64,000 bases of DNA from Convolutriloba macropyga (taxonomy: Eukaryota), in assembly GCF_964194025.1 (NCBI RefSeq), contig NC_134473.1, positions 11,780,001 to 11,844,000 on the forward strand, read 5' to 3'. The notes below the pieces were generated by a model. That model had not been told where the DNA came from, did no database searches, and saw nothing but the letters and a program-made list of their open reading frames with translations. Below, piece by piece: positions 35,887 through 49,680 of the stretch. Both the position numbers and the translations under genes were made by a program. Numbering within the stretch: the stretch's first letter is position 1; every line of letters begins with the position of its first letter.

Positions 35887-36620
35887 ACGCAGACCCAAGA
35901 ACTGCAACTACCGAGTGTGACTGCGCCAGCTTGTCAAAAGCAATCTAAAATTCCTCCGGTTGATAGCTCTTTCTGTCTGAAAGAGTAGATAATCGTTTAG
36001 AAGTCTAGATAAAAATTGAAACATTATCACCTAATGCTTGCACTGCCAAAGGAACGAACGCAAAACCTTGCTGAGAACGTTTTTCTTATACGCCTCAAAT
36101 TTTCGGTTATCAGTCGCTTCAAATGCGTAACCTTACATCCTTGTTCCATTTTGGATAATATTTGATTGAAGAAAAATAACGTCTCAGCAAGATCTTAAAT
36201 ACCTTGCTTAGAACATTTTTGCTTATACCCCCTAAACGTTTGATACTCAACTCCTTCAATTGCATAACTTGACTTCTCAGCCCCGTGTTAGATAATGTTT
36301 GATTGCAGAGAAATATCGACTGTAACCTCAATGGCAGCGAAACGGCCTCACATCTACGATGACAGAAAAAGGTCACGAAAAGGTCACGAATTGCTTTCAG
36401 CGACGGGGTTTCGTTTTTCCGCCACAGGAGATAACATAGCTTGTGCGAACCGGTCATGAATTCTGTGTTGCCTTGCAAAAGTGCCTCCCCGGCCGTGACA
36501 TACGACAGCGTGGCCATCAATTTTATCCAGAGTGTCAGAAGCGCACTCGTCCAGAGTGGTTTGCAGCTAAATTAAAAGACAATACATTTGTTTAAACGTT
36601 TGCGCTGGTGGCCCCAAACT
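35887..36620 (-). mobile_element. Decayed RLE-type (CRE-like) non-LTR retrotransposon C-terminus
   Basis: Minus-strand translation gives Cys/His knuckle region CASDTLDKIDGHAVVCHGRGGTFARQHRIHD, then RKFEAY and GFAFVPLAVQALG (cf. K..KY..F.P.A.E.LG of restriction-like endonuclease tails); stops and frameshifts. Confidence 0.7.
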
Positions 36621-37309
36621 TAATCGTCTCATATTATTTGCAAAACCGAGGCACACGAGCCTTGTTTTGCATAGTGATTTTTTATGTATTGCAAAGTGCT
36701 TCGTAACTGGAGATTCATAGCGTAAAAGCCTACTGGGAGGGACACACGGAAAAGATCTAACTTAATATACGTTTTCATGTTAATTTTTTTGACAGCACTA
36801 TTCAATAAATTCAGCCTCAGTCCAATTCTTTGTTAAGTGAAAACTCCAAGTTTTTTTTTGAAAAAAATCAGTTCAGCAGCACTTCTGTGACACTTCAAGT
36901 TAGCTTTACATATACATTTGTGTTTTAAAAGATAAACAATAACAGCTAAGTTACTTTCTAATAATCTAAAAGGAAAATCACTCGGAATCTTAATAGCCCG
37001 AGCTATTTTGAGACCAATTAAAGCGAGGACAGGTGATTTCGCTTAAAAATGCGCACTCAATCGTCGGTTCTCACAGACTTTTTGAAATGTATTTTTTCTT
37101 GATGCTGCGTTGCAACAGAACGAGGAATTCGATTATGCGAAATTAGTTCATTTTCTATTTTATGGAAGATGTTTCCCGCTTTTAGTCATCATTTCTGACT
37201 TCCATAACTAAGTTGCCGCGAGAAATAACCTCTATTAAATTTTGAAAAAATGCTCTTTCGTAATCTGACCAATAAAAATTAGAAACAAATTAAGAAACAA
37301 TTTTCCAAA

Positions 37310-37601
37310 ATGGAACCAAGTGACAATGGTAACAATGATTCGTTCGACCAAGATGACTTTAATGCTTTCTGTGAGCAATTTTTAGCTTTTCACGCCTCCC
37401 GTTCTTCTGGTGCAGATGATGCACCTCACGCAAGCACCAGTAACTTATCCGTTAGGGACACAGATCCCTCTCACCAGACTGAAACTCCCGATGAACAAAG
37501 ACTGTTCACACCTGTTTCAAGGCAACCCGCTCCAAGTAGACGTCGGAACTCCATTGCGGATGTGCAACCGCCGCCGGTGCAGCGTGCAACTAACGCACGA
37601 G
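37310..37601 (+). CDS. Orphan gene A, copy 2, exon 1
   Basis: AAAATGGAAC start; RRRNSIADVQPPPVQRATNAR aligns with RRRNSISVLQPQQQQRSRFTR; phase-1 donor CGAG|GTTATA. Confidence 0.75.
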
Positions 37602-37724
37602 GTTATAACACTCAACTAATACAGCGTGATCAAAATGAGGTCTGATGCCGTTTGTTGCTAACTGTCAAATCAATACAGGATAACTGGGATCAATTCGGTT
37701 TGTCCCCTTTCCCGGTGCTTTTTA

Positions 37725-38105
37725 CGCCCCCAGTTATAATTTTTGTTATATAGCACGTTACTATGTAAAAAAATGTGCCCAGGGGGCGTAAAAGATATAA
37801 GCCCACTAAGCTGGGGGAGGGGACAGAATAGATCCGAAAACTGAGTTACTGCCTATCACAATCACCTCAAATCTTAGTTGGGCTAGACAAAAAATTTGTA
37901 TGTAAAAATATGGCACGTGCGTTTGGAGGATCCAAGTAATATGCACCCTTGTAAGCTTGGGGGCACAAACGAAAAAAAAATAGGTCCTTCCCATTATAGT
38001 CCCCCCATGAAATTAAAGCCCCCCCATTATGCTATAATTAACATGTTTGGGGGGGGGGGGGCTATAGATTATCTGACCACTAAGCTGGGGGGGGGGGGGG
38101 GGGGA
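37725..38105. repeat. Short dispersed repeat / MITE (GTAAAAATATGGCACGTGCG..CCCCCCA family)
   Basis: Related segments at ~43430-43580 (same strand) and ~42450-42560 (opposite strand). Confidence 0.55.
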
Positions 38106-39494
38106 GTTCCGGGTGTAATTCTGGTACGTAATATGAAACCACTAATCATAAAAATGATTATGTAAATATAACAGAAAAGACAAAATTCGCTCGAACTCTT
38201 CATGCATATTTTTTCAGTGTGTTCAGGTCAAAGCTGAGCCAACGGTGCGCAAAAAACAGCATGAACCAGTCCAGCCATCAACATGAACTAAACCACTGCT
38301 CGTCAAATTTGTTTAACGGGTGGCATTGGTTTTTACATCCTGTTCTGCAAACGATCCTCCAAATAAAAAAAACATTGTGCCCTTTTGAGCCGTAGAATAC
38401 CCCCGGTATCGTTTGGCTGCGTTTCATCAGTTGTAGATCCGATCTGAACACGTGTTTTTTGTAAAATAATAGCATTTATATAGCAAAAATTTCGGCTTTT
38501 ATTTTAATTGTAGGTGTTATGTGACTCAGAGAAAGTCCTTAAAAAGTTTTAACAATCGACGAGAAACGCGCAGTGGTTCGAGATTTAAATTAGAACGTAA
38601 GTTGTCATTTATTACCTGTAATCTAAGGATCCAAATGATGAAAACTCAATGGCTGTCACCAGTACTACAACTGAAGTAACCTGAAATTACACCTGAAATT
38701 TAACCAAATTTGTTTCACAACGGCAAAATATTTGTCAGTGACTCAATTTTTTCCAGAGCTTGCTAAAAACACCTGAAAAAATGACATGAAATATTTAAGT
38801 GATTTCCAGAAATTTACATTCAGTGTACTCGTATTTGGGAAGACCGAACATAAATGACAAAAAATTTGAAATAAATCTTTGCTATCTTCGGTTCCAGACA
38901 TAAGAAAGCTTCCGTATGTCTGGTTTGTTCGGTATGGAAAAAGCATGCAAGAATCGGTATGATCATTTTTGGACGCAAGAGAGGCTCTGTATATTCGGTT
39001 TTAGAAGATTCGGTATATTCGGTATTTATACGTAAGGGGTCGTTTTCATTGTTCCCTGGGCTGGGCTAATCTCTTTTTCAGACATGGAGAGTAAAAAATC
39101 CTGGTTTTTCATTGAAGGATAGCGAATCTAACTTAAAACGACGATACCGAATCTCTCTTACTTTTAAAAATTTTTCTAATCTTAAATCTTTCTTATGTTA
39201 AATACCGAACAAAAACGCTAAAACCGCCAAAAAAAATATAGGAAATTTTGTCTTTTGGGAGAGAAAAAAACGACTACACCGACGATTTTTTATGTATAGT
39301 AATCAAAAATATGTCGAATAGGGACGTGATATTTTTGCATCAATTTTGAAAAGTCGACACCGCAGAATTTGTTTATGTAGAGATAAATTGCATGGTTGAT
39401 GAATGGTCTGCAATTACAACAATATATAGAGCATTTTTGCAATGAGAAAAACGAAAAGTACACAAATTGTAAATCAAAACAGTTTTTTGTTGTT

Positions 39495-41123
39495 AATTGC
39501 TCTCAAACGAAGTTTGTAGCAATTATATTAGTCCTGTCCGTCTTTTTTTATGCGATTTTTCGCTTGACCAATTTTTCGTCTGACGCTTTTGACTTTTCGT
39601 CCTCAAAAACGGGATAAACAGGTAGCGCCCAGCGGGCATTAAGTGCTCTTAGAGCCAGTCTTATACTTATTTTGTGAACAGCGTTTCTTAGAGGTTGAAG
39701 ACCCCCCACCCCCCCCCACTGCTGATCCCCCCACTATTGGCCCCCTACCGCCCTGTTGCCCCCCACCCGATTGTCGCCACCCCCATCGGCACCCCCGTGA
39801 ACCCTCCCCCCACCCGTGGCTAGCTACTGACGAACAACAGCTAGCTAAAAACGCAAATTTATACTAATTTTCACAATTTTTTTCAAGATTTTTGAAAATT
39901 TTTGTCAGTTTTTTAAGTTTTTTCAGCCCTAGCAGCCCTAGGTGTCAAGGAATCCACTCTAGGATTTGATAATAGGTTATTGAATAGTTTCTAGTGGTAA
40001 TAGAATGGTTTCAACATTTCAACACTGCGAATTTTTTTTGCATTTTTTTGATAAATTTTGCAAATTTTTTCAATGTTTTTGAAAGTTTTTGTCGTTTTTT
40101 AGGTTTATCCAGCCTCAAGAGCCAAGGAACTTCCTCAAGGGTTTAAAAATAGGTTACTATGTAGTTTCTAGAAGTAATGGAATCATTTTCAAGACATCAC
40201 GAATTTCAGCATTTTTAAACATCACGAATTTCAGCATTTTTTTGACAAAAATTGCTATACTTTTAAAATTTTTTGACATATATTTTCATTATTCAAGATT
40301 TGATTTTTCAGCCTCAGGGTTCAGACAACCTCCTGAAGGGTTTGATAATATGTTGTTGCATAGTTTCTAGTGGTAATAGAATGTTTTTCAACATTTGAAC
40401 ATCACGATTTTTAGCATTTGTTGGATAAAATTTGAATTTTTTTTTTCAAATTTTTCAAAATTTGTCTTTATCTAAGTTCTTCCAGCCCCAAGAAAACTCG
40501 TATAGGCTTTGATAATAGGTTACTGAACAATTTTTATTGCGATAGAATAGTTATGAACTTTTTAATATCACAAATTTTATCGATTTTTTAATAAAACTTA
40601 AGATTTTTTCAATTTTTTTTTGAATTTTTTTTTGCAGTTTTTGAGTCCTTTTTTGAGTTTAACAATTAATACTGGCCAACGAAGCTTTTTAAGTCTTGCA
40701 GATGGGTTACATAACAAAAATCCAGAGGCAAAAAATGTTCTTTGAACATTTTCGTCACTGCGAAATATGGAAAGTTTTCTTCTGAATTTTGCACTTTCAG
40801 TTTCTTATATGATTTAGTTACTAACAAGGCTAGAATCTCATGGAAAAAATTTCTAGCTCTCTCTCTTTCTCTCTGTGTGTGTGTTGGTTGGCGTTTCTTT
40901 CCTTCTATTTCTCGCTCACGTTTTACCTCGCACTCTCTCTCTCTCTCTCCTTAACTCTTTTGTTGACTTCAGCGGCTGTTATGTGGCGTGATAATATCGT
41001 CTATTACCCTAGCCTCACGCCTCTTCAATCAAGCGAAAGCTAACCTCACTAAACAGTGGCTAGGTGCTGACAACCGCCTGCCGGTCGTTTGAGAGCAATT
41101 CGCCCGACGTTAGTCGTTTATGT
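39495..41123 (+). mobile_element. Long HINE-like element with AT-rich internal block
   Basis: 5' AATTGCTCTCAAACGA; 3' TCGTTTGAGAGCAATTCGCCCGACGTTAGTCG; internal block homologous to 17665-19300. Confidence 0.82.
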
Positions 41124-41731
41124 TTATTATCTCTTGTTTTGTAATAAGATTCTCAAAAATTGCTGCAAACTGGTTTTTCAGTTGTCAAATTAGATAATCA
41201 AAATAGAAGTTTAAACCTCATCCAGGAATTCGAAATGAAGAGTATCTAATTGCAATGAAACGAAAAAAAATCCGTTCACAAACAAATTAGAGATCCTGTT
41301 TTGGGTCTTTTCCTAGCAAGAAAGTTGGGACATGCCATGAGCAGCGAACTTTAAACTATACATTACATGTGAGCATTTAACTGAGCTCCAGTTCAGGTGG
41401 AATGAATACACCTCAAATGAATTGTTCTTCTTTAGTTCGTAAAACCTGCTGCTATCTTGCTTCCTATGTATCAAGATGACCCAGGTTGTCCACCTTAAAA
41501 GAAACTAAAGGGCAGGAAACAAATAGAGAACGAGCACAACGGTATGAAGTTCTTAGTTATACGCAAGGAAAAATAAAAAAATTGTTAGATAGAACAGGAT
41601 AGCAATTATAACAGTAAAAACGTAGAAATGATATGAATGAAATATATATAACGAGAAGAAACGTAGATTTGTAAATATATCAAGTACTAATGTCTATAAA
41701 GGGCCTTTAAATCAATTGACTTGAACCTAAC

Positions 41732-42987
41732 AATTGGAAAGCAGTTTGTAGCAGTTATAATAAGTCTGTGGTGATTTTCTATGATATTTTTTGCTTGATT
41801 GAATTTAAGTCTTACCCGTTTGACTTTTCGTCCTCGAAAGTGGGATGAACACGTAAAGCATTACGCGCCTTGCGCCCATTACAAGTCTCTAGGTATGCAA
41901 TTCGAGGAGACAATTTCATGGTCTAAAGAGCCGTTCTTAATCTTAAAAGGGATATTTTCTGTTTGCTCCCCCAGTTTAGTGGGTGCTTATTACGGTTCTA
42001 CTTCTTTTAACTCCTATTCCTGTAACCCCCTATCCTGTAACCCCGATTTATTTACCCCTCTATCAATTAACGCGTCTATCCTTTCACCCCTCTATCATTT
42101 CATCCCGCCAATTTGCAGTCGACATTAAAGGCATGTTTTGTCATAATTAAGTGGATAAATTAATCCCACGTTCGGTTGCGATAGTTTCATATCAAGTCCC
42201 ATGGGCCGCTAAGGCATGGCCATGCCCCGCGAGGCATCGCAAAATTATTATATTGCTAACTTAAAGATCCTTATTTTATAGAAAGATTAAAATCGGGGTG
42301 AAATGTTAGAGGGGTTAAAAGATAGAGGTGTTAAAAAGATAGAGGGGTTAAATGATACAGGGGTGAATAAATCGGGGTTAAATGACAGGGGGTCAAATGA
42401 ATAGGGGTGAAAAAGCGGGACACCGCTTATTACTTATTAGTGTACTACTACCCAGACGCAAGTGCCATATTTTTACATGATGCTTTAATATGTAAAGACA
42501 CGTGCTCTGTAACCTATGGGGGGGGGGGTGGGGTGCCAACGGAAAATAAATAATAATAATTTATTGTTTCCAGAGGTCAATAGAAACAATATATATCTTA
42601 ATTATTTATATTTACATCGAGACAAAATCAATATCACCTTGGGAGATCAGTATTAGGCCATGAAGGCTGTTTTCAAGTGTGCCAAGAGGAAGAGAAATGA
42701 TCCCTTTAAGGTTTGAAAATGTGACCGCCCCTTCAGTCACTCCTCCCCCCCCCCCACCCCACCCCCCCCCCTCAGTCAAGCCCCCTCAGTCACTCTCCTC
42801 CACCCCCGCCCCCCAACACTCCCCCGTACACCGTTCTCCACCTGAAGATTTGGACCCTTCCCCCTCCCACCCACAAACCCCCATCCTCCAGCCCTCTCAA
42901 CCCTACCCCCTCCACTTATGGCTGATACCGAAGCCAACCAATCGCTGGTGGTTTGAGAGCAATTCGCCCGACTATAGTTGGTTATGT
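41732..42987 (+). mobile_element. HINE-like element with a nested inverted-repeat MITE (~41990-42420)
   Basis: AGTTTGTAGCAGTTATA..TTTGACTTTTCGTCCTC 5' part; 3' GTTTGAGAGCAATTCGCCCGACTATAGTTGGTTATGT; internal TAACCCCGATTTATT / AATAAATCGGGGTTA inverted arms. Confidence 0.7.
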
Positions 42988-43055
42988 TTCTCTATTTTAA
43001 TCTCTACTTTTATCTATTAAACAGTCTCTTTTATCTATTAACCAGTCCAATTTAG

Positions 43056-43207
43056 GTCGTCTGAGGTCGGACAGAACAGGGCTGAGCCGGAATGAGGAGG
43101 AAATAGCTGCTGGTTGTCCCCTCACCCGCAGAGGATGGTATGCTGAATACGCGAGAGAGTGTGCCCAATGGCCATTTAGGAGACGCAGACTTCACTATGC
43201 CGTTCAG
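43056..43207 (+). CDS. Orphan gene A, copy 2, exon 2 (not in the ORF track)
   Basis: Acceptor GTCCAATTTAG| and donor CAG|GTTACA; encodes GRLRSDRTGLSRNEEEIAAGCPLTRRGWYAEYARECAQWPFRRRRLHYAVQ; same phases as copy 1. Confidence 0.82.
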
Positions 43208-43602
43208 GTTACATTTTTTTTTCTTTTTATTCTTCACCAGTAGACTATTATATCAGTATTTTCCTTATTGATTTTTCACAGCTGTAGGATTTATCACAAA
43301 CTTTTATAGGCGGAGAAAAGTAAGACCTAGTCAATGCATCAACTTTATGAAAAGACTTTCAACGTCATCGGCGCAAACTTGACTGGAGTTACAAAATTGA
43401 GCACCACATTCTTTCCATTAGTCGAGACAAATCTTTTCCGCTTGTGCCCCCAGTACGTTATGCACCCCCTTTACATAGTAATTCATCATGTAAAAATATG
43501 GAACGTGCGTCTGGGGGGTGCAAATAATATGCACTGAATAAGCTGGGGGGGGGTTGGGGGCACAAACGGAAAAGATCTGTCAAGTCGAATATTTAATAGG
43601 TT

Positions 43603-44169
43603 CCCGGACTTGAGTCTCAGAGAATTTCAGCGCTGAACCAGCACATTTCGAGTGTAAAAACTTTATTCAGTTCTGATACATTGCTTCTCCAGAATATTTT
43701 AAGTTTCTTTATGTGCAGTTCTTCTTCATAATGATTAAATTGAGTTCATGGAATTAGCCCAGTCTAAACTTATCCTGTACAGTCTGAAAATTACTCATAC
43801 CCCAAAATTAAGTCTGAGCAGAGTAATGTCATACTTTTGTAGCTCATAAGTGGTAATTGCTATAGTAATATACACACTATTTTTATTTCAGCTGATCTCT
43901 AGGCAATTACCACAAAGCCCATTTAGTTTAATGGTTACGACTTGCTACGCAAATTAAATGTTTCAAGTACCCACGCGGAAGTTCGAACCGCATGCAAACA
44001 TTGTTGGCGGGAGTTAAGCTGAGCATATTACTTTTCATGCAGTAAATTTTACTCAAAAATGAAGACTAGCCAGTGCAAATTGTGACATGAACAGAGTAGT
44101 GGCCATGCTAAAAAACAGAATGTCTCTATACTGATTCAGCGCTGATTTACTCTGCCACCAACCTCCGGG
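43603..44169. mobile_element. CCCGGA..TCCGGG MITE-like element
   Basis: CCCGGA start and TCCGGG end, TT on both flanks, subterminal TCAGCGCTGA palindromes. Confidence 0.6.
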
Positions 44170-46629
44170 TTAGGCGCATTTCATTATAATTTCTTTTCCT
44201 TCATCTGGATACGTTGGGCTAATTCCTTTCATAAACTAAAAATATCAAAATAATTTTTCTTCACGAATTCACAAAGGTTGAGGTCACTTCTTCTCATACA
44301 CCTCATAAAAAAAGTTTAGGTAAATTTACCTTAACGGAGTTAAGGCAAACTGTTGTTAAGGTAAAGTTAAAGTAAACTATACATCAACTTTATCTTAACT
44401 TGAGTTAATGTATATATTTACCTTAACCCTGTTCAGGTTAAATTACCTTAAATTACCTTTTCATTTTGGTAACAATCTGCAGTAGATAATTCTGTGCTTT
44501 TATTAAAATTACCAAAGAAAAAGCTGCGATAAAACGTAGACACATAAAGGGCCTCATTCAGGGGGTTAGATGAGATCTTTATTTGGTCAGCTGCCACCAA
44601 CAGCTGAAAATTTTGCTTTCTCATCAATTTATTTGAATTGGTTTGGTTAGCTTTCACAATTCCCCTGGCAGAGATTTCATTACCGAAGTAATGGTTATAA
44701 CTTTTTTTTGCGGTGGCTAATCTTTCTTGCAAAAAACAATGATGGGAAAAGCAAACTTCTGACTGCAGAATATGCAATATCATTACGCACTCCGTATGCG
44801 TTTAGCAAAAAATGTCAAGACATTGTCTTTTGTCAAGCCGAAATCGAGAACGGATTTCTAGATCACGCCATATTCTAGGACCCAGTTTATTTTCAAGCCA
44901 AAATCGATAAATGTAATTTTAATTTCAGCCAAATAAGAGGTACAATGTAACCTCAAGCAAACTCTTTTCACAAGTGCACGCCTTAATTTGAAAAGAGACA
45001 TGTTTTTCCAATATTAAGCAGAAAAGCACTCCAATGCACGTTGGCAGGTTTTTTAGATAGAGTGCAACAGACAAAACTATCGATTGTAAAGAAGCGCTTC
45101 CGATAGTTCTCCTGATCCAATTGCAAAAATTCTGATATGCTAAATACTAATTGGCATCAATGTATCGCTCCAATAGTAGCGGCTCAGAGTTATCAATGGA
45201 TATTTAGCACATCACAAGTTATTGCAATGGGATCAAGAAAACCAGCGTACCGTTTCTTTACAACGTTACTTTTTACCAGCAGCGAAAGCAAAAGTTGTCT
45301 AACATTGGTTTGTCTAATATAAGTATTTATCTTCTACAGGTCTTTAAAAGAGGAAGTACTTTCTATTCAGCCGGCACTTTCGATATACCAAACAAAAGCG
45401 ATTAAAATTGGCGTGCTGAAAAAATTTAACTGTAACTTTTTGCATCAATCGCCTCCCTTAGTCAATGATTTTGCGATTTTAATTTATGTGGAAAGCAAGT
45501 TTCCGAAAATAGATGAGCAGATTCAATTGCTTTCCTAAAGTAATTATAATTTTTTAGCATTGTAGAATTGTCTTTTTCGTACCGTTTTGCAATTTATATA
45601 TATTTTTTTCAAATTCGGAAGAGCGGATGTTTTTTTTCTTGCAAATTGCTACGGAAATTCAAATTGTTTCTTTAATTTTGTCCGATTTCGTTTGTCGTGT
45701 TCTCAGAAATAATTTTTTTGGTATGCTTTTCAAATGGATTACATTTGGGTTTGAATAATTTCAGACGCTAGTTTTTTATGAACTATTTTTAAATCTGAAG
45801 TTCGCTCAGTTTTTCTTGTATTTTCGTAATATTTTTCTGTTATTGTAGGCGATTGTTCCCATATATTAAAAACATGTATGTCAAAAGCGAATTTTATGCA
45901 AAATCTGAATCGTTCAGACAATGAGATCAATTTTCTGTTCTCAATGACCTGTTTTTTTTGCATTTTATCACTACATTTTTGCATATCAAACTTTGCTTGC
46001 TTTCGAATTTTCCTTCGTTGAGTTTTACTTGGTTTAATGGTTTTTAGCCTTATCGTATTTTACAAAAAACCTAGTAAACGCTTGAACTAATTTAAGATGC
46101 TTCTCACATAAATCAATAAGCACAACCCATTATTAAATGAGAAGATTTGGGTTTTTAAGCTTGTGAAGTAATTGATGTCGCATTTGAACGCAAACACAAG
46201 TTTTTAATTAGTTAGTCCTCGCTTTCAATTATAGAAAGAAGGAGTAGAAATGCGGTTTCGGGGCATTTTTTTTGCTCAATGCCGCCATTAGTCAAGAACT
46301 TTTTACTTCGGCGGTACAACAAATTGTTCTTTATTTGAAGTTTGCCAGATTCTACCCATCAGGCTAAAGATTTGCGCGTTAAATATGGTGTTAAAGTCCA
46401 ATGTTTTGTATGAACAAAACTACAAAGTTTAGTCATATGTGATGACAATTATTTCCTGAGTGCTCAACTGTTGAGCAAGATCAAGGAAACTTTACACTGG
46501 TGTCTTTTTTTCGATTGTTTGAACAAACTTAGCTTTAAACAAAAAAAATATTTTCTAAAGGTCTAAACTTGTAGTATCTCAAGTTTAAAAATGTGAAAAT
46601 TCGGCATCTCAATTTTGGCGGCAATCTGT

Positions 46630-46672
<43 letters not shown>

Positions 46673-47183
46673 TAAATTTTCATATCCGTTCTGAAACTTT
46701 TTCCAGAGATAAACTTTCTCCGTCTCGTTCATGGTTTCTCTTTTTATCGCTTTTTTAAAGAGGACTACCCGTGTCGAGGCATTTGCATTTTCACTTGCAG
46801 GAAATCGTCGTTTTTTCGATCGTTTACAAGGACAAAATTTCTGAAAAAGCGGTGTTACCATGGAAAAAGTAATGTTCTTGTGTTGTGTAACGCCGATTGA
46901 TTGAACACCGATCTTGTTTAACAAATAAATTTTACATTGAGAAGAAGCGACGCAAGAAACAACGAAAAAACGCTAAAAAGGATAAAAACGATCAAAAAAG
47001 TCGATTTCTTACAAAAAATAAACGACATAAGAAGCAAAAAAAAACGACAAAGAACGCGATCAAAAAACGTTGCTTTTTCCAAAATAAACGACGTACAAAT
47101 TCTTACACCTAATTGGTATAGTAGGAATAATACCAATCTCTAAACCTTATTAGGAATTGGTATTAATCTGTGGACAATTTTAG

Positions 47184-47399
47184 TGTAACATACCGATAAG
47201 ACAAGTGAACGATCATTGGAATCGAGTGTCGAGGAGGATGCGGGACGAATGGCAGGGATTGGAAAAGTTAGGAGAAGCCTTGGTTCATCTCTACAATAAC
47301 AGAGTTATTCTACTAAGTAAAGAAAAGCACAAAATTAAAAGGTTTCACTCCAACGTAAAATCATTGATCCAAAAATTCAGGCGCAGAATAAGTGGTTGA
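47184..47399 (+). CDS. Orphan gene A, copy 2, exon 3 (terminal)
   Basis: Acceptor AATTTTAG| (phase 0); CNIPIRQVNDHWNRVSRRMRDE..RFHS; TGA, then AATAAA at 47401. Confidence 0.8.
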   Translation, partial: CNIPIRQVNDHWNRVSRRMRDEWQGLEKLGEALVHLYNNRVILLSKEKHKIKRFHSNVKSLIQKFRRRISG

Positions 47400-48831
47400 T
47401 AATAAAAAGCAGCTTCAAATGTAGTTTCAGTGGAATCTCGCAGCTTTTGAGGCTTTCCCAATCAAATGTTCAGCTAAATTAAATTTTAGCTCATGCTATT
47501 GTCAAGAACTTAATTGAAAGGGGAATAGGGGAACACGAAGGCGGCGAAGAAGTCAATTTCTTGAGATTCAGCAAGATGGAAAAACGAATTTTTGTTTATT
47601 AAAACCAGTTTTTTCTGATACCCCATAAAAGTTTGAGTGCACATATTTTGCTACTTATATGTGAATCTCCTGTACTATTACATAATTTTTTATCCTGTGA
47701 CATACGTGATCCACTACGCCAATGTTCAAAAATTGAATATACATCCTCGATTTTGTCGGGCATTTTCACGATCCGTGTTTTAAGATTAAAGTTGTAAGCG
47801 TGTGTGGGAAAAATTTACACTAGGTTAATTCCGTTCAAAGTTGCTTCAAAATTGTATATATGTGCGCTCATTTTGCGCAAAGCGTGTTTTTGGAGCTAGG
47901 TTGACGACTTGGGAAGTTGTTTTTTCTTTAATTTCAACGTCATCAGTCACTAGTTTCCACAATATAAGTAACTAACTCCAAATAACAAAGATAGTTCAAT
48001 CAGGCCAAAAATTTTGCGTATTAAGAGGACAATTATCAGTTTTGCGATTACACAAAACATAGTTTACAAGGACAATCAAGACTTTGAATTGGGTCTCAAG
48101 TAATTACAATTAATGTTCGGGCACTGAAGTTTCAGGTTAATTGCATGTTAAAAGTTGTGGAAACAGTGTTAATTTTATCCGTGCAAGATGTACTCGTGAC
48201 GAAGTTTAAGCTTTGCCCACGATATAGTTTTACTAATTGTTTTTTTGTAGTGATATAACTTTGCTGATAAGAGATAACATGTGGTATGAATAACGATTCT
48301 GTACTTAAGGTGTTTTTAAATTTCTTGATGGTGAACTAAATCTTTACATCAACTGATTCGCGAACAAGAAGAATCATTTTTCTACCATTAAATTTAAAAT
48401 TATCAGGTTTTTAATATTCGCCCCGAACCAATATATTTTATTGGTCTTGTCATTGTTTTGTCTTGTTTCAAACTTTGTTATTGGATCTCGATATCTTTTT
48501 AAACCTCAGCTCAAACATTCTTCAGTTTCATAGTGGCAAAGCGAGATCGAGGCTATTTTTGATCTCATTGAAACTGTTTACAACTCGAAAAGGAGTACTG
48601 ATTTTCCTGAGTACTTTAGCGAGTAATTTGTGTTCAAACTGCATTTTGACCTCAAGCAACGGCGAGTAAATTTGCCCTGTGATTTAGTTTTTAATATGCG
48701 AGATTTTTTTTTTGATCATGAGCTGCGTTCAGTGAAAAATGCTTGAATTTGAAAAGTGTTTTAAGGGAACGCAGTGTAAAGAAAGAAAAATTATTAATGG
48801 GTTGAGATTTTTTGGCTTCTAATTTGTTTTC

Positions 48832-49011
48832 AATCGCTCTCAAACAATTTATTCGTTTGATTTTTCCTCAAAAACACGATAAAGAGGGCACAAATAGGGC
48901 AGTAAGTTCCCTTAGAGTCTTTTGAGTGACTAGCAAATATCATATCCAGCATCTCTAAGCCCCGCTGTGTACTACCAAAGCCAACAGCTCGCCCGTCGTT
49001 TGAGAGCAACT
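48832..49011 (+). mobile_element. Internally deleted HINE-like element
   Basis: AATCGCTCTCAAAC ... TCCTCAAAAACACGATAAA ... GTCGTTTGAGAGCAACT. Confidence 0.65.
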
Positions 49012-49271
49012 AGGATGGGCACAGATAACTCAATCATGATATAAGTGTTGTTTTTTTTACAAGCTCCTCTATTTTCGCGGTTTGAGTGGTTTTCAATAAA
49101 AAACCAAGAGTATGTGGTAACTTCTTTTTGAAATTTCATGCATGAAAGCATCTTTTTACTGTGTGATAATTTTGTTTAATAAAAATGTTTACATACTAAT
49201 CCAATTTTACCAAAGATGTTATTTTTATAACTGCGAAGCTGTAAGCTGAGGGGAGCTATACTGTGGTTCTC

Positions 49272-49680
49272 TTTTTTACAATTCAAAGAATTTGAATTGT
49301 ATTGGGGCGCTGTCTTTTTTTAAGATCGGTTCACAAATTATCATGTTATTTGAAGTCAAATTAGAGTAATGATTTTGGTCACGCGGAAAGAAGATCTGGA
49401 GCAAAACAGCGAGTAGTTTTGCGGCGCAAATTTTCTTCGCTCTAATTTCAAAGTAGAGTGAGAAAACGGTGTTTGAACAAAAATTCGCTCTCTCGCTAGT
49501 GGTTTTTTTGTTCACATGCGGCATTTTGACATCGATTTTGTTTTTTTTAATATTTTGTTTATATGTTTTTTTATAAAAGGTTTTCCCATCTCAACCATTG
49601 TCCGTTCTAGGTCTAGTTTTTTGATTAGTCAATCAAAATTTTTGGATTCGGACTTGTCCTGCTATGTTTTTTGTTTCGTC
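49272..49680. repeat. Dispersed repeat R, copy upstream of B2
   Basis: Closely similar to 33305-33720. Confidence 0.85.
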
